Positions 57,423 to 64,000 of a stretch of 64,000 nucleotides of DNA are shown here, piece after piece. The stretch is taken from positions 37,299 to 101,298 of the forward strand of contig NZ_CP023004.1 of NCBI RefSeq assembly GCF_003096195.1, read 5' to 3'. The notes beneath the pieces are model-generated. The model had not been told where the DNA came from. It was given only the letters and a program-made list of their open reading frames with translations, and searched no databases. This stretch comes from Ereboglobus luteus. GTDB lineage: Bacteria > Verrucomicrobiota > Verrucomicrobiia > Opitutales > Opitutaceae. The translations under genes were made by a program, and so were the position numbers. Within the stretch, counting starts at the first letter, position 1; each line of letters starts with the position of its first letter.

Positions 57423-59696
57423 CTACTGCGCCATCACGCGCTTGAGCAACAAGTGCGGAAACGAGGGCGCGTAGTTCCAGTCCCTGGCTTCGCTCCAAAA
57501 GGCTTCGCGTTGCGCGGGATGGCGGAAACCGAGAAGGCAAAAGATTATACGATTATCCAGGGGCGTCACCAGGCACGTCCGCACAGCGGCGATATCAGGC
57601 GCGGTGTCGCGGGAGGATTCGAGAATGCCGGCAAGCGTGCGCGGGTTGCGCCCGGCATTGCGCAGGGCCTCGATGCCTTTTGCGTAACAGGCGTCCGCGC
57701 TGGCGGCGTCGTTTTCATGATGCGCGACGATGGCGGCGAGAAACCAGTTTTGCGCCGCGGGGTTTTCAATCCCGGAGAGCGTTTCAGCCGCGGCCGCGTG
57801 GTTGCCGGTGCTGAGCGCGTGGTTCAACGCCAGCGCGCCCCACTGCTCCCGCTTGGCGAGCTGCCCGAGTTGCGACGCGTAACGTTTTTCATCCCCGGAA
57901 CCGTAGGCAAAAAGTGTCTCCAGATACGCGCGACAATCGGCGAGATCCTCCTTGGACATTTGATTGCCCGCCGCGTTTGCATAGGTGATGAGCGCGCGCG
58001 TGATTTCCGTGCTCGGACGTTTGCAAAAACCGAGCATGAGCATGACATTGCCCGCGAGATCCATGCGGGCGGGCGACTCATGAAACCACTTGTTCGCAAG
58101 CTCAAACGCATCGTCGGGGCGGTTGAGCGCGACAAGGAGATTGACGCGCTCCTCGTTGTAATTTCCGCCCTCGGCGCCGGAGGCAACTTTTTCAAAACAA
58201 TCAAGCGCGCCGGCGAAATCGCGATCGCGAAGCGCCTCGTATGCGAGGCCGTTCCATGCGTATGCGCACGGCTCGACGGGGGAGGTTAGCGCCTTTTTAT
58301 AAAACACGCGCGCCTCGCGTCCGTCGGGAAGAATGCGCGCCAGCAAATAATTGCACGCGCCGTTATCCGGGTTTTCGGCAAGGCGCGCGCGATAGTCGGC
58401 GACCAGGTCGAGATCGCGAAATTTGGCGTCCGCATAATCCTGATAATAACGATGCCATTGCACGTTGACCGGGCGGCTGTCGAGGTGCTGTTCAAAAATG
58501 CGCCGCGCATCGTCGGGTTTCAGTTGATTGATCACACCGATGAGCGAGGGGATCGCGTCCGAGCCATGCACAAAAGTGGCGCGCGCCGCGTAAGCCGCCG
58601 CGTCCTCCAGCGTGCCATATCTTTGGATGAGGTTGACCGCCGCCATGGTGGAGGGGGAAGGCACAACATCGAGATGCGTGCGCGTGGAGTTCGAACCTTT
58701 TTTCAAGCGAAGCGTGGACGGCGCATCCGTGAAATAATAGTCGGGCTTCCGGATGTCGTAAACGCCCTCGTTGACAAACAACTCGATGGGCTTGGGTGCG
58801 TCGTCGCCGCCCTTGCCGGCCGCGGAGCGCGCGGTGTAGGTGATTATTTCGCGATAGATGATGGCGAGCCGGTCGGGGTTTATCATGACGGCGCGATGAA
58901 GCCCGCCGGGCCACGTCCAGATGGAAACCGGCCCCACGTGAATCGTGGCGTTGAACTCCTGGCTCACGCCGGGAAGCTCGGCGCGCACTTCGTAGCGGCC
59001 CGCCGGAAGCTCGATGTGCCTGACCGGGGCGCCCTCCCCCGTCGCCGCGGGACACTCGTGCGAAGCGTCGTTAAACGCGACCTCGTAGGAAACGCCCAGC
59101 CCGTTGACGAGCGTGACCGTGCGCGTCGTGTTCATCGTCCAGAAACCGAGGCAAACATAGACGGCCAAAGCAAACACGCACAACACGGCGGCGAGCCTGA
59201 ACGCGGCAAACACCGGCGACGGGCGCGAGGTGTGTTGCGCATCGTCGCGAAAACTGGCGGGCGTTGACGGATCAGGACCGAACTGCGTCGGCATCGGCGC
59301 GGCGGGTTGCGGACGGCCGGAGTGCGAGGAAGTCGAATGCTGTTGTTCAGGCGCAAGATTCGCCGCCTGTCCGGCGCGCAACGACTCATCGTAGTGTTTG
59401 CGCCAATCGTCGGTCAGGTCGGTGCCGCCGCTGATTGTCCGCCAGAGCGCGGCGGGCGTGTAAATGATTCCCCACGGAAAACCCCACCAACCGAAGAGGA
59501 GCGAGACAAGCACCCACGGAAGCGCGCAGCCGAATCCGCCGCCCCCCGGATGAATCAGATACGCGCGCGTGCTGCGGCGAAGAGTGACCACGAGAAATGA
59601 CACGCAGTAGGAATAAACAACGAGACGCGCGCCGCGCTCGATCTCGCCGCGCAATTCCGCCTCGGTGTAGTCGGCCGGGTTGTTGCTGGATTTCAT
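57423..59696 (-). CDS. Hypothetical membrane protein: two N-terminal TM regions, then a large TPR-like alpha-helical domain.
   Basis: TM segments near aa 25-75 and 170-195; no catalytic motif recognised. Confidence 0.5.
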   Translation of the reverse strand: MKSSNNPADYTEAELRGEIERGARLVVYSYCVSFLVVTLRRSTRAYLIHPGGGGFGCALPWVLVSLLFGWWGFPWGIIYTPAALWRTISGGTDLTDDWRKHYDESLRAGQAANLAPEQQHSTSSHSGRPQPAAPMPTQFGPDPSTPASFRDDAQHTSRPSPVFAAFRLAAVLCVFALAVYVCLGFWTMNTTRTVTLVNGLGVSYEVAFNDASHECPAATGEGAPVRHIELPAGRYEVRAELPGVSQEFNATIHVGPVSIWTWPGGLHRAVMINPDRLAIIYREIITYTARSAAGKGGDDAPKPIELFVNEGVYDIRKPDYYFTDAPSTLRLKKGSNSTRTHLDVVPSPSTMAAVNLIQRYGTLEDAAAYAARATFVHGSDAIPSLIGVINQLKPDDARRIFEQHLDSRPVNVQWHRYYQDYADAKFRDLDLVADYRARLAENPDNGACNYLLARILPDGREARVFYKKALTSPVEPCAYAWNGLAYEALRDRDFAGALDCFEKVASGAEGGNYNEERVNLLVALNRPDDAFELANKWFHESPARMDLAGNVMLMLGFCKRPSTEITRALITYANAAGNQMSKEDLADCRAYLETLFAYGSGDEKRYASQLGQLAKREQWGALALNHALSTGNHAAAAETLSGIENPAAQNWFLAAIVAHHENDAASADACYAKGIEALRNAGRNPRTLAGILESSRDTAPDIAAVRTCLVTPLDNRIIFCLLGFRHPAQREAFWSEARDWNYAPSFPHLLLKRVMAQ

Positions 59697-59750
59697 GATT
59701 GGTTAAATGGATTGCGCTCCTTGCGTGGAAAAAACTCCGCGCGCCGCGCC

Positions 59751-60149
59751 TTAGATTTCCGGCACCTTTGCGCGCTTGAACTCCACCTCGATCGCGTCAA
59801 TCGAAAGCGTGATCTCGTGCACGCACGTCGCGAGCGATGACACGAAGCAGACCAGCGCAAGCGCGAGTGTGATTTCGCCGGAATACCACGGCACGGAAAA
59901 ATACATGAGCCCCATCGACAACGCCGCGAGCAACAGCGCCGCGAGGCCGAGCATCTGCATGCGCTTGATCAGATGCAGCCGGTGCCGGATGTTGATCAAC
60001 TGCACCTCCCAATGCGGCTGCGGCGCGACCGAGTGTTCCTTCAGGATTCCGCGCGCCAGCGTCGTCAGCGCGAGAAACCGGTTTGTGTAGGCAAGGCACA
60101 ACAGCGAGATCGCGGGAAAAATCAGCGCGGGGATGGAGGCGTTGTTCAT
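59751..60149 (-). CDS. Small membrane protein (DUF2721-like, 3 TM).
   Basis: MNNASIPALIFPAISLLCLAYTNRFLAL.. hydrophobic profile; start at the second Met of a longer ORF. Confidence 0.45.
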   Translation of the reverse strand: MNNASIPALIFPAISLLCLAYTNRFLALTTLARGILKEHSVAPQPHWEVQLINIRHRLHLIKRMQMLGLAALLLAALSMGLMYFSVPWYSGEITLALALVCFVSSLATCVHEITLSIDAIEVEFKRAKVPEI

Positions 60150-60269
60150 GCGCGCAAGCGTGCAATCCCGAGGCCCCGGTGAAAAGGCAAAAGCACGGCA
60201 AATGCCCCGCGGGCATCGCGGCTTGCCCGTTTTTGTCGAAATGTCATTTATTGCGCGCAACACACGCCG

Positions 60270-61223
60270 ATGCCGCCTCCGAAAAAATACCTCAAACTTG
60301 AGCCAAGCCGCGCCCCCGCCGGGCTCGCGGAACGCATCGACGCATTCATCGCCTACCTCAACCTCGAACGCGGCCTCTCGTTCAACACCCAGTCCGCCTA
60401 TCAAAACGACCTCGACGCCTGCGCCGCGTTCCTCGCCGAAAAACGCGGCGTCAAGTCGTGGCTCGACGCAAGCGCCGACGACGCCACCGCGTGGCTGCAC
60501 GCGCTGCGCGACAACGGCATGAGCGCCGCGAGCAGCGCGCGCAAGCTCACCTCGCTGCGCGTGTTCGCCCGGCATCTCGTGCGCGACCAACTGCGCCCCG
60601 ACGATTTCACCGAGCTCATTTCAATGCCCAAGCTCCCGCGCCGCATCCCCGGCACATTGAGCGAGGCGGAAATGGGAAAAATACTCTCGGCACCAACCGG
60701 CGGCTCCGCGCTGGCGGTGCGCGACCGCGCCATCCTCGAACTGTTTTACTCGAGCGGACTGCGCGCCTCCGAACTCTCCACGCTCACAATCCCGCAAATC
60801 AACCTCGACGACGGATTCCTGCGCGTGTTTGGCAAAGGATCCAAGGAGCGCGTCGTGCCGATCGGCGGCAAGGCAATCGAGGCGCTGCGCGTCTATCTCG
60901 ACGCCGCCCGCCCGGGCTTCGTGCGCACGGGAAAAACCGGCGCCGAGGTTTTTTTGAGCAAGCGCGGCACGGCGATTTCCCGCAAAACGCTCTGGGTGCT
61001 CGTCACGCAATACGCGCGGCGCGCCGGACTCGAAAAAAAAGTGAAACCGCACCTGCTGCGCCACTCGTTCGCCACGCACCTGCTCGGCGGCGGCGCGGAC
61101 CTGCGCGCGATCCAGGAAATGCTCGGCCACGCGAGCCTCGCCACCACGCAAATCTACACGGCTGTCGAATCCAAGCGCCTGATCGACCAGCACGCGCAAT
61201 TCCATCCGCGAAACAAGGGATGA
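60270..61223 (+). CDS. Tyrosine recombinase XerC/XerD family.
   Basis: R..HxxR..Y catalytic set: ..ARRAGLEKKVKPHLLRHSFATHLL..LGHASLATTQIYTAV. Confidence 0.85.
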   Translation: MPPPKKYLKLEPSRAPAGLAERIDAFIAYLNLERGLSFNTQSAYQNDLDACAAFLAEKRGVKSWLDASADDATAWLHALRDNGMSAASSARKLTSLRVFARHLVRDQLRPDDFTELISMPKLPRRIPGTLSEAEMGKILSAPTGGSALAVRDRAILELFYSSGLRASELSTLTIPQINLDDGFLRVFGKGSKERVVPIGGKAIEALRVYLDAARPGFVRTGKTGAEVFLSKRGTAISRKTLWVLVTQYARRAGLEKKVKPHLLRHSFATHLLGGGADLRAIQEMLGHASLATTQIYTAVESKRLIDQHAQFHPRNKG

Positions 61224-61325
61224 CCGCCGCCACCGCCCCACCGCCCGCAATCCCCGTGTTCACGCATTGACGCGCGGCCCCGCTTGCAACTTAAACTTCA
61301 TCCTCAACCTTAAACCTTTTTTGCG

Positions 61326-62653
61326 ATGAGCAACGTATCCACATCCCCCGCGCCCGCCGCCACCGCCACGACGATCAAACCCGTGGATCTGCGCGGCATC
61401 CTCAAATACGTGCCCCGCTTCAAGGACCAAATCTTTGTCATCGCGCTCGATGGCGCCATCATCGCCGACGAAAATTTCGGCAACCTCCTCGTCGACATCG
61501 CCGTGCTCCGCAGCCTCGGCATCAAGGTCGTGCTTGTCCACGGCATCGGCAAACAACTCCGCGAACTCTCCGAACTGCGCCGCGTTCCCATCACCGACGA
61601 AGCCGGCACAGGCGTGGCCGACGCCGCCACGCTCGACCTCGCCATCCGCGCCTCCTCGCGCGTGTCGCACGTCATCCTCGAGGGACTCACGCAAAACGCC
61701 ATCAAGTGCGCCATCACCAACGCCGTCCGCGCCCTCCCCTCGGCATCCTCCGCGGCATCGACCATCAGTTTACCGGCAAAGTTGACCAAATCGACACCGA
61801 GTTCCTCAACACGCTCATCGAAAAAAACATCACCCCAATCGTCTCGCCCATCGGTTTCGGTCCCGACGGGAAGGCGCTCCGCATAAACTCCGACCTCCTC
61901 GCCGCCGAGCTCGCCGAGGCGCTCCGCGCCACAAAAATCATTTACCTCGCCCCCCTGCCCGGCCTCGAAATCAAGGGCGAGTTGCGCCGCGACATTCCCG
62001 CGCCCACGCTCAAAAACATCCTCGAAAAAACATCCGAGCAGATCGCGCCCGACGCGCAAAGCAAGGCGGTCAACGCCCTTCGCGCCATCGAAACCGGCAC
62101 CCCGCGCGTGCACATCATCGACGGACGCGCATTCGACAGCCTTCTCAATGAGATCTTTTCCAACGAAGGCGTCGGCACGCTCATCTACGGAAACGAATAC
62201 CAGCAAATCCGCCGCGCCAGGCGCGGCGACGTGCGCGCCATCCACAACCTCACCCGCGGGGCGGTTCGCCGCGAGGAGCTCATCTACCGCACGCAGCAGG
62301 CCATTGAAAAAAATATCGATCAGTTTTACCTTTTCGAAATCGACGACACCCTTATCGGCTGCGTGTCGCTTTACTTTTATCCCGACAAACCCGCGCTCGC
62401 CGAAATCGGTTCGCTGTATGTCTCGCCAAACCATCAAAACCGGGGCATCGGCCACAAACTCGTCGCCTACGCCTGCATGAAGGCGCAGGAACGCGGCGCG
62501 ACAACCGCCGTCGCCCTCTCCACGCAAAGCTATTCCTTCTTCACCACCGCAATGGATTTCGAGGAAACCGACAAAAAAATCCTCCCCGAGGCCCGCCTCA
62601 AACTCTACGAGGAAAGCGGCCGCAACCCGAAGGTGCTGGTAAAGACGCTGTGA
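61326..62653 (+). CDS. argA: Amino-acid N-acetyltransferase (N-acetylglutamate synthase: amino-acid kinase domain + GNAT). Frame interrupted by a -1 indel in a C4 run (61736-61739) and continues in the +2 frame.
   Basis: Colinear with E. coli ArgA (GKTFVI.LGG, ..AQPLGVDDGVD.. corresponds to RA[L]PLGILRGID across the shift); C-terminal GNAT. Confidence 0.8.
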
Positions 62654-62737
62654 CCGGCCGCAGGGCGAGGCGCCGAGGCCGGTTGGTTGTTCGCGCGCGG
62701 CAGCCGTTACAATTCGTGGCACTTGCGGCGCGTTGAG

Positions 62738-63484
62738 ATGTCTTGCATCATGCGGAGCAGATGCGATTTTCACTTTCCCGACACAGTGAGCCAAAAAACC
62801 GACAACATCGAAACACAGGTCGTGACCATATGCGGCTGGAAACGCATGCTGATATGGCCGCTCGGCATGCTCGTGCGACTCTGGTGCGCATCGATCCGTT
62901 TTGATTGCGACGAGAAAAGCGAAAAAGCCCTCCGAAACGAAGACACGCCCATCGCGTTCATCCTCTGGCACAACCGGCTGTTCATGATCGGCGAGGTTTT
63001 CAGGCGCTACCGCAGGCGCAATCTCTACGCGCTCGTCAGCGCAAGCAAGGATGGCGCGTGGCTCGCCGCGTTTTTCGACATCATCGGCATCAAATGCGTG
63101 CGCGGATCCAGCAGCTTCAACGCGCGAGAATCAGTCGGCCTGCTCATCAATGTGATGCAACAGGGCCACGACATCGGAATCACGCCCGACGGACCGCGCG
63201 GCCCCATTTACGAATTCAAGGGCGGCGGCATGATCGTGGCGCGCCGCGCAAAAGCCGCCGCCGTGCTCATCGGCATGCAATTCCAGCACGCCCGGCAACT
63301 GCGCAGTTGGGACCGTTTTTATCTGCCGCGCCCGTTCTCGCGCGTGCGCCTGCGCAGCGAACTGGTGACGCCCGGGGAATTGCGCGACCGCGCCACGACG
63401 CCCGAATCGCTCAGCCGGCGTCTTTGCGCGATTAGTCCCGACAAAAAATTGGTCGCGGGCCGTGATGCGAAAGTCGTAGTCTGA
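62738..63484 (+). CDS. DUF374/lysophospholipid-acyltransferase-like protein (start uncertain: 62738 or 62846).
   Basis: ..FILWHNRLFMIGEVF..SKDGAWLAAFFDIIGIKCVRGSS..ITPDGPRGP. Confidence 0.55.
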   Translation: MSCIMRSRCDFHFPDTVSQKTDNIETQVVTICGWKRMLIWPLGMLVRLWCASIRFDCDEKSEKALRNEDTPIAFILWHNRLFMIGEVFRRYRRRNLYALVSASKDGAWLAAFFDIIGIKCVRGSSSFNARESVGLLINVMQQGHDIGITPDGPRGPIYEFKGGGMIVARRAKAAAVLIGMQFQHARQLRSWDRFYLPRPFSRVRLRSELVTPGELRDRATTPESLSRRLCAISPDKKLVAGRDAKVVV

Positions 63485-63490
63485 AGCCGC

Positions 63491-64000
63491 ATGGAAGCCT
63501 CCCACACGCACGCAGCCGTCCGCAAGGAGCGCGTCGCCCGCTGGTCCATCGTCGCGAGCGCGGTGATCACAGTCGGCAAGTTGCTGGCGGGATTGTTTTC
63601 GGGGTCGCTCGCGCTGCTCTCCGAGGCCGCGCACGCGCTGGTCGACACATTCGCGACCACCGTCACCTGGTTTGCCATCCGCGCCTCAAACAAACCCGCC
63701 GACGACGAGCATCAATACGGCCATGCGAAATTCGAAAGCGTCGCCGCGCTCGTGGAAACAGGAATCCTGTTTTTGCTCGCGCTTGCCGTGCTTGCGCAAG
63801 CGGCCAGAAATATTTTCTCGGGCGGACACATCATCGAGGCCACGCCGCTGGTGTTTGCCATTGTCATTGCTTCAATCCTGATCGACCTAAACCGCATTCG
63901 CGCGCTCCGCAAAGTGGCGCGCGACACGGGCAGCCAGGCGCTCGCGGCGGATGTGCTGCATTTTTCGTCCGACATGGCCGGATCGGTGCTCGTGCTGCTC
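63491..64000 (+). CDS. Cation diffusion facilitator family transporter (3'-truncated by the window end).
   Basis: TM1-4 with ..LSEAAHALVDT.. and ..HFSSDMAGS metal-site motifs. Confidence 0.8.
   Translation, partial: MEASHTHAAVRKERVARWSIVASAVITVGKLLAGLFSGSLALLSEAAHALVDTFATTVTWFAIRASNKPADDEHQYGHAKFESVAALVETGILFLLALAVLAQAARNIFSGGHIIEATPLVFAIVIASILIDLNRIRALRKVARDTGSQALAADVLHFSSDMAGSVLVLL

Noticed and set aside
60270-61223. XerC/D-family recombinase as a phage or ICE integrase marking a mobile island.
   Set aside because: Size (~317 aa) and motifs fit chromosomal dimer-resolution XerC/XerD. The neighbours are argA and a small membrane protein, not phage or conjugation genes.

Overview
This is a high-GC (~65%) chromosomal window from a Gram-negative bacterium; codon usage and gene content (ThuA-HEAT fusion, GxxExxY genes, Tat Gfo/Idh/MocA oxidoreductase) look PVC/Verrucomicrobia-like. 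It is ordinary in gene content but unusual in repeat architecture. I support about 56 protein genes: a uvrA locus, a macA/ABC efflux set, an ABC-F ATPase, scpA, trxA, coaD, pgsA-pgpA, tadA, infA, recA, a flotillin/NfeD pair, purF and a purM-like gene, maf, rluA, rpmI-rplT-GxxExxY-pheS-pheT, pnp-rpsO, gatCAB, a XerC/D recombinase, argA and a CDF transporter. There is one tRNA-Cys(GCA). Several genes lie in lower-GC islets: tandem outer-membrane beta-barrel paralogs with MarR, and secreted hypotheticals. The main novelty is a dense family of 95-190 bp palindromic elements (at least 13 copies in 64 kb). Their arms are tandem ~7-bp repeats that vary between copies; the cores are related, with CGCCTGCGTCCGA and AAATGAAACA motifs. 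They sit in-frame inside coding sequences (five in the uvrA locus, one in rluA) or end 0-4 nt before start codons (MacB-type ATPase gene, oxidoreductase, trxA, purM-like gene, pheT, pnp). Separately, GxxExxY (PD-(D/E)XK) genes bounded by inverted repeats are inserted in gatCAB (31-bp TIRs, plus a 94-bp solo TIR palindrome) and in rplT-pheS (12-bp IRs). There is also a GGTAGGGCGAA hairpin (REP-like) family showing compensatory stem changes, a uvrA fused in-frame to a second UvrA N-terminal ATPase module, and two -1 homopolymer frameshifts (A6 in the uvrA module, C4 in argA) that look like sequencing errors. No CRISPR, prophage or rRNA was seen.
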